Positions 1 through 11,055 of a stretch of DNA of 57,204 nt are shown one piece after another; position 1 is the first letter of the stretch, and every line of letters begins with the position of its first letter. The translations under genes and the position numbers were made by a program. Below the pieces are notes generated by a model. The model was not told where the DNA came from. It saw only the letters and a list, made by a program, of their open reading frames with translations, and ran no database searches. Origin of the DNA: Pseudomonadota bacterium (GTDB lineage Bacteria > Pseudomonadota > Gammaproteobacteria > Steroidobacterales > JBCCMA01); NCBI GenBank assembly GCA_039026595.1, contig JBCCMA010000004.1:1-57204 (forward strand). Reading direction: 5' to 3'.

Positions 1-442
1 CGAAGCCGCCGCCAAGATTGTCCGGGCCGGCCGACGGCCAGTTGGTCTCAAAACCCGTCCACAGAAGTATGTTGGTCCAGAAATTGTTGCCTTCCCCGCC
101 AAGCCATGGAAGCACCAGCACACGCGTGTAGAACAACGCGCCGAAAAAGGCGGCGAAGAACATGACCTCAGAGGCGATGAACCAGATCATGCCCATGCGG
201 AACGACACGTCGACCTGCTTGTTAAACATGCCGGCGACGCTTTCGCGAATCACAATGCCAAACCAGCCGAACACCATGTACAGCAGCAGGCCGAGGCCCG
301 TGAAGGTGATGTACTTGCCGGCGGGCCAACTGTTGAGCCACATACCGGACCCGAACATCGTCAAAAGCAGCGCGGCCGAACCGATAATCGGCCACTGGCT
401 CCCGTGCGGAACGTAATATTTGTCGGTGGAGGCATCAGCCAT
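1..442 (-). CDS. coxC: Cytochrome c oxidase subunit III (5' part; runs off the left window edge)
   Basis: Manual translation from ATG 442: MADASTDKYYVPHGSQWPIIG...FRMGMIWFIASEVMFFAAFFGA, the classic COX3 motifs; directly downstream of ctaG. Confidence 0.93.
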   Translation of the reverse strand, partial: MADASTDKYYVPHGSQWPIIGSAALLLTMFGSGMWLNSWPAGKYITFTGLGLLLYMVFGWFGIVIRESVAGMFNKQVDVSFRMGMIWFIASEVMFFAAFFGALFYTRVLVLPWLGGEGNNFWTNILLWTGFETNWPSAGPDNLGGGF

Positions 443-444
443 GG

Positions 445-981
445 TCAGTTCCCCGCGCTGGCTTGTGCCGCCAGCTGTTTCTCAAAGAAGGTGTAGGACA
501 GCGTCAGCACGTCGACATGCTTCGGCAGGTCCGGATCCAGTACAAACCGCACTGGCATCTGTTTTTCCTCGCCCGGACCGAAGGCCTGCTCTTCAAAACA
601 GAAGCACTCGGTCTTGAGCAGATACTTCGCGGCCGACCCGGGTGCGACGCTTGGCACCGCATGGCCGATCGCATCCCGGTCCACGCGGCTTCGGGCGATG
701 AACTCAGTCACATACGCCTTGCCGGGCCGCACCCGCATCGACGGTTCGTTCGGGCGAAAGTCCCATGGCGCTCCGCCGTTGGTTGAACCAATAAACTCAA
801 CGCGCACCCAGCGCGATTCATCCGGCACCTCGGTGACAATGGCCGCTTCGTTGGCTGTCTTGCCGTTCAGACCGGTGATCTCGCAAAACACGTCGTAGAG
901 CGGAACCAGCAGATAACCGAAGCCGAACATGCCGACCACGATGTCGCTCAATCCGAACACCAACGTCTGGTTGCGTGTCAT
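445..981 (-). CDS. ctaG: Cytochrome c oxidase assembly Cu chaperone CtaG/Cox11
   Basis: VPLYDVFC..TGLNG and KTECFCF motifs; cox operon context. Confidence 0.95.
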   Translation of the reverse strand: MTRNQTLVFGLSDIVVGMFGFGYLLVPLYDVFCEITGLNGKTANEAAIVTEVPDESRWVRVEFIGSTNGGAPWDFRPNEPSMRVRPGKAYVTEFIARSRVDRDAIGHAVPSVAPGSAAKYLLKTECFCFEEQAFGPGEEKQMPVRFVLDPDLPKHVDVLTLSYTFFEKQLAAQASAGN

Positions 982-991
982 CGCGTGCGCC

Positions 992-1153
992 CTAGCCCCC
1001 GCGCAGTGCCGTACCGACGAAATAGCCGATGTAAAGCAGGTACACCGCCGCCGCCATGCCGGCCAGCGTTAACGCCAGCCGCGTGGTGCGCTTCTTGCGC
1101 TCGGAGTCGTCGATCGGGGTCGACTCGTCCAGCGCGGGTTCACGCTCGGTCAT
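992..1153 (-). CDS. Small single-TM protein in the cox operon (53 aa)
   Basis: ATG 1153 preceded by AAGGA; MTEREP...RKKRTTRLALTLAGMAAAVYLLYIGYFV; fills the coxA-ctaG gap. Confidence 0.7.
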   Translation of the reverse strand: MTEREPALDESTPIDDSERKKRTTRLALTLAGMAAAVYLLYIGYFVGTALRGG

Positions 1154-1173
1154 GTTGTTCTCGTCCTTGTTGC

Positions 1174-2808
1174 TCAATCTGCGAAGCGGGACTCTTCCCA
1201 CTCGGTTTCATCGTCGAGGTCCGGCATCTCCGGCGGCGTCTCGAAGCTGTGGTACGGCGCCGGCGACGGGACCGTCCATTCAAGGCCACGCGCGCCGTCC
1301 CAGACGCGGTCGGTGGCGGGCTCGCCGCCACGCGCATTGACCCAGATGTTGTAAATAAACATGAGGTTCGACAACCCAAAGACGAATGCACCGATGCTCG
1401 AGAGCATGTTGAAGTCGGTGAACTGCACCGCGTAATCCGGGATGCGTCGCGGCATGCCTGCCAGACCCAGGAAGTGTTGCGGGAAGAACGTCACGTTGAT
1501 CGAAATGGCGGCGACCCAGAAGTGCCATTTCCCGAGGCGTTCGTTCAGCACATTGCCGGTCCATTTCGGCAACCAGTAGTACACCCCGGCCATGATGGCG
1601 AACACAGCGCCCGGAACCAGCACGTAATGGAAGTGAGCCACAACGAAATACGTATCGTGATATTGGAAGTCCACCGGCGTGATCGCGAGCATGACGCCCG
1701 AGAATCCACCGATCGTGAACAGGAACACAAACGCGAGCGCGAACAGCATCGGCGTCTCAAACGTCATGGACCCGCGCCACATGGTGGCCAGCCAGTTGAA
1801 CACTTTCACTCCGGTCGGCACCGCGATCATCATGGTTGAGAACATGAAGAACAGTTCACCGGCCAGCGGCATGCCGACGGTGAACATATGGTGCGCCCAG
1901 ACAACAAATGAAAGAAACGCGATGCTCGCCGTGGCGTACACCATCGAGGAGTAGCCAAACAGCTTCTTGCGAGCAAACGTCGGGATGATCTCGGACACAA
2001 TCCCGAACGCCGGCAGGATCATGATGTAGACCTCGGGATGACCGAAGAACCAGAAGATGTGCTGGAACATCACCGGGTCCCCACCGCCAGCAGCATTAAA
2101 GAAACTGGTGGCGGCGTACTGGTCGGTCAGAAGCATCGTGACCGCGCCGGCCAGAACCGGAATCGCGAGGATCAACAGGTACGCCGTGATCAGCCAGGTC
2201 CATACGAACAGCGGCATCTTCAGCATATTCATGCCCGGTGTGCGCATGTTGAGTACGGTGACGATGATATTGATCGCCCCCATGATCGACGAGATGCCCA
2301 TCACGTGAACCGACAGCACCATGAACGGGAAGGCCGCTCCGGTCTGCAGCACGATTGGCGGATACATGGTCCAGCCCGCGGCAGGCGCGCCGCCCGGCAT
2401 GAACAACGTAGACAACAGAATCGTGAACGCCACCGGCAGGAGCCAGAAGCTCCAGTTGTTCATACGCGGCAGCGCCATATCGGGCGCCCCGACCATCAGC
2501 GGAATCATCCAGTTCGCCAGGCCCACGGTGGCGGGCATCACGGCACCGAACACCATGATCAGCGCGTGCATCGTGACCATCGAGTTGTAGAAGCCAGGAT
2601 CGATAAACTGCAGGCCGGGCTGGAAAAGCTCGAGCCGGATGATCATCGCCATCGCGCCGCCGATCATGAACATCGCCAACGAGAACAACAGGTACATCGT
2701 GCCGATGTCCTTGTGGTTTGTGGCGAAGATCCAGCGCTTGATGCCCTTCTCCGGGCCGTGATGATCGTGGTCGTCGTGGTGATCGTGCGTGGCGGATGTA
2801 GCGCTCAT
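1174..2808 (-). CDS. coxA: Cytochrome c oxidase subunit I (type A1)
   Basis: [23 protein letters not shown] and VVAHFHYV motifs. Confidence 0.98.
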   Translation of the reverse strand: MSATSATHDHHDDHDHHGPEKGIKRWIFATNHKDIGTMYLLFSLAMFMIGGAMAMIIRLELFQPGLQFIDPGFYNSMVTMHALIMVFGAVMPATVGLANWMIPLMVGAPDMALPRMNNWSFWLLPVAFTILLSTLFMPGGAPAAGWTMYPPIVLQTGAAFPFMVLSVHVMGISSIMGAINIIVTVLNMRTPGMNMLKMPLFVWTWLITAYLLILAIPVLAGAVTMLLTDQYAATSFFNAAGGGDPVMFQHIFWFFGHPEVYIMILPAFGIVSEIIPTFARKKLFGYSSMVYATASIAFLSFVVWAHHMFTVGMPLAGELFFMFSTMMIAVPTGVKVFNWLATMWRGSMTFETPMLFALAFVFLFTIGGFSGVMLAITPVDFQYHDTYFVVAHFHYVLVPGAVFAIMAGVYYWLPKWTGNVLNERLGKWHFWVAAISINVTFFPQHFLGLAGMPRRIPDYAVQFTDFNMLSSIGAFVFGLSNLMFIYNIWVNARGGEPATDRVWDGARGLEWTVPSPAPYHSFETPPEMPDLDDETEWEESRFAD

Positions 2809-3701
2809 CGTGCGTCTCCCTGGCCCGTAACAGCGGGCGCGGCGTCCTGAGTCAGGCCGGCGTTCTTCTCGGCCCCTGCATTAATCTTGCGTGCGAAACG
2901 GGAGGGGTTTTCGACACCCTGATCACCCAGCCACGCGACGTAATCCACTTCGTCAACGACCTTCACAACGATGGGCATGAAGCCATGGTCGTAGCCGCAA
3001 AGCTCGGCGCACTGACCGCGATACACGCCGGTTTCGCTGGCCTTGAACCACATCTCATTCACAAAACCCGGGATGGCGTCGCGCTTGCCGGAGAGCTCAG
3101 GCACCCACCACGCATGGATCACGTCGTTGGCGGTCACGAGCAGCCGGACCTTGGTATCGACCGGAACAACCACCGCCTTGTCCACATCCAGAAGATAATT
3201 GTCGACGGTTGCAGGATTGATGCCGGATTCGAGCTGTCGAGCCTCGTTGCTGGCGGCATCGAGCGCGCTGAAAAATTCCACGCCCTCTTCCAGGTAATTG
3301 TAGTGCCAGCGCCACTGATACCCGGTGACCTTGATGGTCATGTCCGGGTTGCCCGAATCTTCGATCTTCACAAGGGTCTTGGCCGCCGGTACCGCCATCA
3401 CTACCAGAATAATGATGGGAATGGTGGTCCAGATCACTTCCGCCGTGGTGCTGTGCGAGAAGGTTGCTGGCGTGGGATTCTTTTTCTTGGTGTGCGCGAA
3501 GACGCTGTAGAACATGGCGCCAAACACCACCACGCCGATGCCGACGCAGATCCAGAACACCAACATATGCAGGTCATAGACCTCGTTGGTGATCGGGGTG
3601 ACGCCCCGCGGCATGTTCAATTCCATGTCCGCCAAGGCCGAGGGCGCCGAAAGCAGTGCGCACAGCGCACCGGACAATCGGGCAGTCCGATTCATTCGCA
3701 T
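2805..3701 (-). CDS. coxB: Cytochrome c oxidase subunit II (CuA; no fused cytochrome c)
   Basis: GYQWRW, DVIHAW and [12 protein letters not shown] CuA motif; GGAG upstream of ATG 3701. Confidence 0.96.
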   Translation of the reverse strand: MRMNRTARLSGALCALLSAPSALADMELNMPRGVTPITNEVYDLHMLVFWICVGIGVVVFGAMFYSVFAHTKKKNPTPATFSHSTTAEVIWTTIPIIILVVMAVPAAKTLVKIEDSGNPDMTIKVTGYQWRWHYNYLEEGVEFFSALDAASNEARQLESGINPATVDNYLLDVDKAVVVPVDTKVRLLVTANDVIHAWWVPELSGKRDAIPGFVNEMWFKASETGVYRGQCAELCGYDHGFMPIVVKVVDEVDYVAWLGDQGVENPSRFARKINAGAEKNAGLTQDAAPAVTGQGDAR

Positions 3702-3820
3702 GTTTTTTCTCCCCACGCCCTAGATCGCGGTTTGGATTGAGGTAAAAAAATCGTGTTGTCTAATCGCCGGAGGTCGGGTCGACGTTCTCCATTTTCATTG
3801 AATCGACTCTGGCACTGTGC

Positions 3821-4324
3821 TCACTCATCGCCCGCCAAAAGCGCGGGGGATGAATCATGTGGACCGATGCACTCGACGAGTCTCCGTGCCAAAGAGCGGC
3901 GCTCGACCTCAGTCAAGCACTCCCCGATAACACATCGACGCCCGTGTGCGGTGATGCTGAGCCGGCTCGCGGACGACGGCCCACGCGTCGCTCGCATTTC
4001 CACACCGGCCCAGTGCCGTGCAAATTCAACCCGTTCACTGACTTCCGATTCGCCCTTTTCCACCACAACGGTGTCGGCGCTAATTGTCAGAACCTCGCGG
4101 TACCGGCCTCGCTTCTGGACGCTCCAGAGCACCCAGCCGAGCAAGCCAAGCTCGAGGCCAGCAAACGGCAACACGGGCCAGTATCCCTGTAGAGCGACGC
4201 TTCCCGACACCAAAGCGGTGGCGGTCACGACGGTGAGGTAGAACATCAGTGCGCCTTCGGGGCTGAGCGACAGATTAGGCGAGATTTGAAACGTACGCTT
4301 CATACCTCGCTCGCGGTCACTCAT
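3821..4324 (-). CDS. DUF2244-family integral membrane protein
   Basis: PNLSLSP...GYWPVLPFAGLE...IGECLTEVERRSLA pattern; upstream of coxB; start may be 4303. Confidence 0.8.
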   Translation of the reverse strand: MSDRERGMKRTFQISPNLSLSPEGALMFYLTVVTATALVSGSVALQGYWPVLPFAGLELGLLGWVLWSVQKRGRYREVLTISADTVVVEKGESEVSERVEFARHWAGVEMRATRGPSSASRLSITAHGRRCVIGECLTEVERRSLARRLVECIGPHDSSPALLAGDE

Positions 4325-4327
4325 CCG

Positions 4328-4340
4328 TAACGCCCTGATT
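4328..4340 (-). promoter_or_regulatory. IHF-consensus site upstream of the DUF2244/cox genes
   Basis: Minus strand AATCAGGGCGTTA matches WATCARNNNNTTR. Confidence 0.45.
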
Positions 4341-4609
4341 TATAACGAACCTACAGGTTCTGCTGGCGCCGCCTCGCGGCACTTGAAATGCCTCTCGAAA
4401 CAAATCGCGACACATCACAGCCTTCACCATTCTAGGGGACGCCTGCGTTAAGCGCAATGCAACATCCGCACTGAACGTGTAACCGTCACGGCGCCTTAGC
4501 GGACCCCGTAATATGTCCAATCTGGCCTCGTCTCGCGACCACTGCCCATTTCCCTGCCGGATCGCCACTTTCCGGCCTCGCGGCCAGCCGCACGCTTCGT
4601 AACACTACG

Positions 4610-5317
4610 GTGATGCGTCGCATTTTGGAGAATCTTGCAGTCTGTACGCTGTGCGACACGCCGTGCCCGGGCGACAGCCTCTGCTCCGCCTGCGTGCGTG
4701 ACCTGCCCGTATACGGCGATGCCTGCGAACGCTGCGCCCGGCCGTGGCATCACGGCACCTCAGTCTGCGGACCGTGCGACATGGAAACCCCCGCGTGGGA
4801 CAACGCGCTGTGCGCGTTTGCCTACCGCTTCCCGGTGGACGAACTGTTGCGAATGGCCAAATACAGACGCTCGGCGCCGGCTCTCGACGCGGTGGGCCGG
4901 GCCGCCGCGGCCATATTCAAGGACCGCTGGCGCTTTGCCGCCGATGTCCTGATTCCGGTACCGCTCCACTGGTCTCGACACTGGCGACGCGGCTTCAACC
5001 AGGCCTGCGAATTGGCGCGTCCCACCGCCGCCGCGCTCGGACTCCCGGTGACACCTGAAGCGCTTAAACGCACCCGCCGAACGTCCGCCCAGTCGCGCCA
5101 GGATCTCGCATCGCGCAGGCGCAATGTCGACGGGGCGTTCGCGGCCCGCGTTTCGCTCACCGGACTGCGCGTGGTGTTGTTCGATGACGTGCTGACCACC
5201 GGCGCCACGCTGTCCGCAGCCGCCATGGCCGCTCGCGCCGCAGGCGCGCGGCACATCCGGGTGCTCACCTGCGCCCGCGCGGACGTACAAGCCAACTTGA
5301 AGAACACTCGGACATAA
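4610..5317 (+). CDS. comF: ComF family competence protein (zinc ribbon + PRTase domain)
   Basis: Several N-terminal CxxC pairs, PVPLH..R...RGFNQA, VVLFDDVLTTGAT. Confidence 0.9.
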   Translation: MMRRILENLAVCTLCDTPCPGDSLCSACVRDLPVYGDACERCARPWHHGTSVCGPCDMETPAWDNALCAFAYRFPVDELLRMAKYRRSAPALDAVGRAAAAIFKDRWRFAADVLIPVPLHWSRHWRRGFNQACELARPTAAALGLPVTPEALKRTRRTSAQSRQDLASRRRNVDGAFAARVSLTGLRVVLFDDVLTTGATLSAAAMAARAAGARHIRVLTCARADVQANLKNTRT

Positions 5318-5346
5318 AAAAACCGGCCGGGTTTCCACACGGCCGG
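5316..5346 (-). terminator. Intrinsic terminator of kbp
   Basis: CCGGCCG/CGGCCGG stem with an A7 tract on the left (U tract on the minus strand). Confidence 0.7.
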
Positions 5347-5364
5347 CGCAGCGTGAGCGTGCGA

Positions 5365-5838
5365 TTACGCTTTTGGCAAGCGGATCCTCTGACCGACAAA
5401 GATCTTGTCGGGATCCTCAATCACCTCACGATTGGCTTCGAAGATCTTTTTGTATTCCATCGCGTCGCCGTACACTCGCTTGGCGATTTTGCTCAGCGTG
5501 TCACCGCTCTGAATTTCGTAATACTCAACGTTTTCATTGACCGCTACAGCAGGGTCGATCGTCGCCTCGGGATTGTCCGCCGGCCGGGGCAGTTGCAGCT
5601 CCGACCCATCAACACCTTTCACGCCCGCGACGTTGCCGACCATCAGCACGGCCTTTTGCATGGCGTCGACCGACTCGCAGTCGCCGCACAGTGTGACATT
5701 GCCGTCGTCGTATTTGACTTCGAGATTCTGGATCCCCGGATTGTTGTCGTTAATCATCTTCTCGATCTTTTCTGCCGCTTCTTCATCCTGATTGAAAAGG
5801 CGACGACCGATATCGCGTGCAAAACCTAGCAAGCTCAT
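5365..5838 (-). CDS. kbp: BON-LysM protein (Kbp/YgaU-like potassium-binding protein)
   Basis: MSLLGFARDIGRRLF N-terminus; LysM YEIQSGDTLSKIAK...IFEANR...PDKIFVGQ. Confidence 0.88.
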   Translation of the reverse strand: MSLLGFARDIGRRLFNQDEEAAEKIEKMINDNNPGIQNLEVKYDDGNVTLCGDCESVDAMQKAVLMVGNVAGVKGVDGSELQLPRPADNPEATIDPAVAVNENVEYYEIQSGDTLSKIAKRVYGDAMEYKKIFEANREVIEDPDKIFVGQRIRLPKA

Positions 5839-5911
5839 AGTGTTTCCCCCTGGAACAATTTTCATTGGCCTGACGTCGGGCTCACCGGGCTTGGATCGCG
5901 GCGATGTTGCG

Positions 5912-6814
5912 TCAGCGCGCGAAAGTATAGTGCAGGGCGATTCCGCAAAACACCAAGGCGCCGCTCCACGAGTTGTTAAGAAATGCGGCGAAGCAACGTG
6001 ATCGATCGCGACCGCGCGCGCTGGCGAGCTGAAATGCGAATGTGGCCGCCGCCAATCCCACTCCCGCATAGAACCATGGGCCCAGCGACGCGAGCAGGCC
6101 CGCGACAATCAGCAAGGCCAGCGTCAGGACCTGCATGGCAGCAACACCGGCCAGATCGTAGCGACCCAGAAGCACCGCGGTCGACTTGACGCCGATCTTT
6201 ATGTCGTCATCCCGGTCGGTCATCGCGTAGAGCGTGTCGTAGGCCGTCGCCCAACAGACGGTTGCGGCGAACAGCACCCACGCGACCGCGGGCACGGTAC
6301 CGGTCTGTGCGGCGAAGGCCATCGGAATTCCCCAACCAAACGCCGCTCCGAGGTAAAGCTGGGGCACATGTGTGAAGCGCTTGAAAAAGGGATACGTGGA
6401 CGCGAGTACGGCACCGACGATGGACAACCGGATCAACTCCCAACCCAGCGTCGACACCAGCGCCAGCGCGACCGCCATAAGCGCAGCGAAAACGCCCAGT
6501 GCTTCCCCGGGCGCGATCTCGCCCGCGGCAAGTGGCCTGTCTTTTGTTCGCGCCACTTTGCCGTCGACGTGGCGATCCGCGTAATCGTTGATGGCACAGC
6601 CCGCCGATCGCATCACGATCACGCCGAGCACGAAGACAGCGAATACGTGGGGTGACGGTTGACCCGCCCCGGCAATCCACAGCGCCCAGAGCGTTGGCCA
6701 CAGCAATAGCAGCCAGCCGATAGGCCGGTCGAATCGAATCAGTCGCAGATACGCTGAGGTTTTTTGGGCGAGTGTGCGCGCCGCACCCCTGCCCGGCGTC
6801 AGGGCGTCGGGCAC
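5912..6814 (-). CDS. ubiA: 4-hydroxybenzoate octaprenyltransferase
   Basis: RFDRPIGWLLL, NDYADRHVD, YDTLYAMTDRDDD motifs. Confidence 0.96.
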   Translation of the reverse strand: MPDALTPGRGAARTLAQKTSAYLRLIRFDRPIGWLLLLWPTLWALWIAGAGQPSPHVFAVFVLGVIVMRSAGCAINDYADRHVDGKVARTKDRPLAAGEIAPGEALGVFAALMAVALALVSTLGWELIRLSIVGAVLASTYPFFKRFTHVPQLYLGAAFGWGIPMAFAAQTGTVPAVAWVLFAATVCWATAYDTLYAMTDRDDDIKIGVKSTAVLLGRYDLAGVAAMQVLTLALLIVAGLLASLGPWFYAGVGLAAATFAFQLASARGRDRSRCFAAFLNNSWSGALVFCGIALHYTFAR

Positions 6815-7365
6815 AACGCCGGCAGGAAGACCTCGGTCACAAGCAACGGGGCTTCGCTCGCAAAAAAACAGGAACGACGGGCAAACACCGGCGAGGCAGC
6901 GGGAATCAGCCTGAGCTCAGCAGAACGCTGGTGCAGCGGCTGACCGGGCTGGACGTGGGCGAACGACAACGGGGAGCGAATCACGTCGTCGCGCGCGAAC
7001 AGGGCATGCCCGAGCGGTTGCCCACCCATCTCGGCCACCCACGGCGCGGCCTCAACGGTCGACATGGGAATCACCGTCTGGGCGAACACCCAATCCTCAC
7101 CGGCACCGCGCAGAATCACTTCGCGCACGATCCCGCGATCGGCGCTGATCGGGCCGGTTTGCAGATCAATCAATGGCAGGGTGCTCTGCCGGACCAGATG
7201 GAGTCCGAACCGGTTGTCGCTGTGATCACGCAACGCCTGGGTCAACGACCCTTCGCATCGAAGCAGCCGGGCCGCTTCCGCATCGGGCAGATCGACGGAT
7301 GGCACGGGCCAAGGCCCCCAGATGGATGGGTCCGATACGGCCAAATCACGTGCTTGTACGCTCAT
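6799..7365 (-). CDS. ubiC: Chorismate pyruvate-lyase
   Basis: GSLTQAL, REVILRG..WVFAQTVIP, PLG..LF, ARRS, LLVTEVFLP; adjacent to ubiA. Confidence 0.88.
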   Translation of the reverse strand: MSVQARDLAVSDPSIWGPWPVPSVDLPDAEAARLLRCEGSLTQALRDHSDNRFGLHLVRQSTLPLIDLQTGPISADRGIVREVILRGAGEDWVFAQTVIPMSTVEAAPWVAEMGGQPLGHALFARDDVIRSPLSFAHVQPGQPLHQRSAELRLIPAASPVFARRSCFFASEAPLLVTEVFLPALCPTP

Positions 7366-7410
7366 ATTCGTAGTGTACACGCTCTTCGTGGACGCCTGTA
7401 GAGCACGCAC

Positions 7411-9498
7411 TCAGGCCTGCACATAACGCGTGGCATCGCCCACCCAGCGACGAACCAGCGCGTCCGCGCGAGCGCGATCCGTACTGACCAACTCAGCGGC
7501 GACGTCCGCCGCGTCCTCCAGCAGATCGGCATCGCGCATGAGATCGGCCACACGCAGCCGCGCCATGCCCGCCTGACGCGTGCCGAGCACCTCCCCCGGA
7601 CCGCGCAACTCCAGATCGCGCTCGGCGATAAAAAAGCCGTCATTGCTGCTGCGCATCGCCGACAGTCGAGCGCGCGCCGCCATCGAAAGCGGCGATTTGT
7701 ACATCAACATGCAGTAGCTGCGCGCGGCACCCCGCCCTACCCGGCCACGCAACTGGTGCAGTTGCGACAAACCCATGCGCTCGGCGTTCTCGATAATCAT
7801 CAAAGACGCGTTGGGCACATCCACACCCACTTCAATCACCGTTGTGGCAACCAGCAACTGCACATCGCCGGCGCTGAATTGCGCCATCGTGTCTTCCTTC
7901 ATCGCGCTCTTTTGCCGTCCGTGGATCAGCCCGACCGCGACGTTCGGGAGTCGCTCGGTGAGCCGCGCTGCCGTGTCCTCTGCCGCCTCGGCCTCAAGCA
8001 CCTCGGATTCCTCGATGATCGGACAGACCCAGTACACCTGCTGACCCTCGGCACAGGCGCGGGCGACCCGGTCGATCAGTTCGTCGCGACGCGTGTCACT
8101 GACCACCGCGGTTTTGACAGGCGTGCGTCCGGGGGGCAACTCGTCGATGATCGACACATCCAGATCGCCATACTGCGTCATCGTCAGCGTTCGCGGTATG
8201 GGCGTGGCAGTCATGACCACCTGATGCGGAACGTGCGACTCGCTCGCACCCTTGTCGAGCAACGCCAGCCGCTGGTGCACACCGAAGCGATGCTGTTCAT
8301 CGACCAGCACCAGCGCCAGCGAGTGAAAGTCCACTCCCTTCTGAAACAGCGCGTGGGTCCCCACGACCACCTGCACGGCGCCGGAAGCGATAGCCGCCTG
8401 CGCTGCCCGTCGATCGGACGCTCCGAGTCGTCCGGTCAGCCACCCCACCTCGACACCCAGCGGCGCGAGCCACGCCGTCAGGCTGCGTCGATGCTGGTCG
8501 GCCAGAAGTTCTGTGGGCGCCATCAGCGCCGCCTGATAGCCGGACTGCACGGCCATCAGCGCCAGAACGGCGGCGACCACCGTTTTGCCCGAACCCACAT
8601 CGCCCTGCAAAAGCCGCAGCGCGGGCGTGTCGCCAGAAAGGTCCGTGCCGATTTCGTCAATCACGCGTGTCTGCGCGGGGGTGAGTCGGAAGCTCAGCCC
8701 CTCAAGAAATCTCCCCACGAGCGACCCGTGCATCGCCAAAGCCGGCGCGCGCTCCGACCTCTGGGTCTCGCGCACGAGCTGTAGCGAGACGCGCTGCGCA
8801 ACCAGTTCCTCAAACGCAAGACGGCGCACGAAGTCCGGCGCCTCGCCGTCGGGGCCAGTAAAACGGGTGCCCACCGGGGGGCAGTGCGCCAGCGTCAACG
8901 CCTCTGCCAGCGTCATCGACGGCGCGAGGGTGAACACGCCAGACGGCAGTAGTTCGGGCGGTGGTCGATCGGACAAGCGTGCAAGCGCCTGTTCGACCAG
9001 TCCGCGAAGCCGCGGCTGCGTGACGCCGTCGGTGACCGGATAGACCGGAGTGAGTGCCGGCGTGGCGTCCTGTGCCTGTTCGCCGCGGCGCGCGGCCGCC
9101 CCCGTCTGATATTCGGGATGCACCATTTCAAGACCGCCGGGGCCGCGGCGCACTTCACCAAACGCCCGAACCGGCGTGCCGCGCTTGAAATAGGAGGCCT
9201 GCGCTTTTGAGAAATAAAAAAACCGCAGCGTCAGCGCACCGCTGCCGTCGGAGACGCGCACAAGCAGACTGCGACGGCCGCGGTACACCGTTTCAGCAAG
9301 ATCGACGTCCGCCTCGATAACCACGCGCTGTCCCGGCTGCAACGCGCCGATGCGAACGACGGTCGTACGGTCCTCATAGCGCAGCGGTAGATGAAAGAGC
9401 AGATCGCTGATCGCGCGAATGCCGAGTCGTTCCAGCTTTTCAGCGAGCGCGGGACCAACGCCCCGCAGACCAGTCACCGGGGCAGGGGTAACGCTCAC
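7411..9498 (-). CDS. recG: ATP-dependent DNA helicase RecG
   Basis: QGDVGSGKT, DEQHRFG, MTATPIPRT and QLRGRVGRG motifs. Confidence 0.97.
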   Translation of the reverse strand: MSVTPAPVTGLRGVGPALAEKLERLGIRAISDLLFHLPLRYEDRTTVVRIGALQPGQRVVIEADVDLAETVYRGRRSLLVRVSDGSGALTLRFFYFSKAQASYFKRGTPVRAFGEVRRGPGGLEMVHPEYQTGAAARRGEQAQDATPALTPVYPVTDGVTQPRLRGLVEQALARLSDRPPPELLPSGVFTLAPSMTLAEALTLAHCPPVGTRFTGPDGEAPDFVRRLAFEELVAQRVSLQLVRETQRSERAPALAMHGSLVGRFLEGLSFRLTPAQTRVIDEIGTDLSGDTPALRLLQGDVGSGKTVVAAVLALMAVQSGYQAALMAPTELLADQHRRSLTAWLAPLGVEVGWLTGRLGASDRRAAQAAIASGAVQVVVGTHALFQKGVDFHSLALVLVDEQHRFGVHQRLALLDKGASESHVPHQVVMTATPIPRTLTMTQYGDLDVSIIDELPPGRTPVKTAVVSDTRRDELIDRVARACAEGQQVYWVCPIIEESEVLEAEAAEDTAARLTERLPNVAVGLIHGRQKSAMKEDTMAQFSAGDVQLLVATTVIEVGVDVPNASLMIIENAERMGLSQLHQLRGRVGRGAARSYCMLMYKSPLSMAARARLSAMRSSNDGFFIAERDLELRGPGEVLGTRQAGMARLRVADLMRDADLLEDAADVAAELVSTDRARADALVRRWVGDATRYVQA

Positions 9499-9519
9499 GT
9501 CAGCCGCGCCCGGACGACG

Positions 9520-9906
9520 TCAATCGTCAAGCGACAGGACGCCATCCACCTCGACGATCGCGCCCTTGGGCAGAGCGGCAACGGCGATCGCCGCACGCGC
9601 GGGGTACGGCTCATTGAAGTAGCGCGCCATACAGTCGTTAACCGCCGCAAAATTGCCAAGATCGAGCAGATAAACGTTCAGTTTGACCATCTTGTCCAGC
9701 GTGCCGCCCGCCGCCTCAGCAACCGCTTTGAGGTTCTCAAAAACCTGGGTCACGTGCTGTTCGAACGGCCCTTCGACCAGTTCGCCGGTCTTCGGATCAA
9801 GCGGAATCTGACCCGAAAAATACACTGTCGACCCGGCGCGAATGGCTTGGGAATAGGTGCCGATCGCGGCCGGTGCGCGCGGCGTCTCAATGGCTTGTTT
9901 CGTCAT
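9520..9906 (-). CDS. ridA: RidA/YjgF enamine deaminase
   Basis: [36 protein letters not shown]. Confidence 0.93.
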   Translation of the reverse strand: MTKQAIETPRAPAAIGTYSQAIRAGSTVYFSGQIPLDPKTGELVEGPFEQHVTQVFENLKAVAEAAGGTLDKMVKLNVYLLDLGNFAAVNDCMARYFNEPYPARAAIAVAALPKGAIVEVDGVLSLDD

Positions 9907-9963
9907 CCCCCTACTATAATGCGCAACTGTGAGACAGCGAAACCGAATCGGCGCCCAAGCGGC

Positions 9964-11055
9964 GTGCACCCTACGCCGGACATCTCAGCCGTGATCGGGC
10001 TGCCGACAGTCGGAGAGGTTGCGCAGGGCGCGGTCATACTCGGCGCGCTTGGCGGTGGTCTTTATTTTGCGAACCGTCGTCTGGCCACGCATTACGCGGA
10101 CAAGGCGCATCTGCAGTTTCGTCGCCAGCTGATCATGCTGGGGCTCGGTGTCCTCGCGGTATTGCTTGCGATCATTTTCGTGCCGACAGATGGAAATCTG
10201 CGCAAGGATTTGCTCAATCTGTTCGGCATTGTGCTCTCCGCGAGCATTGCGCTGTCATCCACCACATTCATCGGCAATGCCATGGCCGGCATCATGCTGC
10301 GCTCGACCCAAAGCGTCAGGCTGGGCGATTACATCCACGTGGGCGAACACTTCGGCCGGATTACCGAGATGGACTTGCTGCACGCCGAACTGCAGACCGA
10401 AGATCGCGACCTCACCACGCTGCCCAACATGTATATGATCACGCACCCGGTCCGGGTCTTGCGACGCTCCGGCACCATCCTGAGTGTCGAGGTGTCGCTG
10501 GGCTACGACGTGCCCCGCCAGACCGTCGAAACCGTGCTCAAGGATGCCGCAACGCAGGCCGGCCTCGACAATCCATTTGTCCAGATCCGTAGCCTGGGTG
10601 ACTTTTCGGTTGTGTACGCGGCCGCCGGACTTCTGACCGACCTGACCAACCTGATCCAGCGGCGGCGTCAGCTGAGGGCACTGACCATGGATCTGCTGCA
10701 CGAAGCGGGTATCGAAATCGCGTCACCGAATATCCACAGCGTGCGGGATTACAAAACCGGTCACACCTTCATCCCCAAACCGCCCGAACATCCGATCGAG
10801 GCCGACGCCACGCCGACACTCGGGCCGGACGACCTGATATTTGACAAGGCGAATGAAGCGCAAAGCCTGCAGTCCCTGCGCGACGCGCGAGCCAGCCTGA
10901 CAGAGAAAATTTCAGCGCTTGACGAGCAGATCAAGTCCGAATCCGATGACGCGGCGCGGGCGCAGCTTGAAACCCGCCGGACCAATCTGACCGGTCGTGT
11001 AGAGTGGCTAGATCAGCAGATCGGACAGAAATCGACGGACATCGCGACCGACTAG
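9964..11055 (+). CDS. MscS-family mechanosensitive channel with C-terminal coiled-coil extension
   Basis: Three TM segments, [30 protein letters not shown]; start uncertain (9964 or 9991). Confidence 0.85.
   Translation: MHPTPDISAVIGLPTVGEVAQGAVILGALGGGLYFANRRLATHYADKAHLQFRRQLIMLGLGVLAVLLAIIFVPTDGNLRKDLLNLFGIVLSASIALSSTTFIGNAMAGIMLRSTQSVRLGDYIHVGEHFGRITEMDLLHAELQTEDRDLTTLPNMYMITHPVRVLRRSGTILSVEVSLGYDVPRQTVETVLKDAATQAGLDNPFVQIRSLGDFSVVYAAAGLLTDLTNLIQRRRQLRALTMDLLHEAGIEIASPNIHSVRDYKTGHTFIPKPPEHPIEADATPTLGPDDLIFDKANEAQSLQSLRDARASLTEKISALDEQIKSESDDAARAQLETRRTNLTGRVEWLDQQIGQKSTDIATD

Noticed and set aside
3809-3825. TGGCAC as a sigma54 -24 element near coxB
   Set aside because: Wrong strand for coxB and no TTGC at -12.
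4376-4421. RegA/RoxR-like GCGNC half sites upstream of the cox operon
   Set aside because: Only half-site matches, which are too frequent in GC-rich DNA.
5839-6108. N-terminal extension of the LysM ORF (247 aa in the track)
   Set aside because: Overlaps ubiA in another frame; the homolog-like N-terminus and SD fit ATG 5838.
9391-11055. 554-aa ORF suggesting an N-terminally extended MscS
   Set aside because: The extension is antisense to ridA/recG and non-informative; the real start lies after the -10 at 9915-9920.
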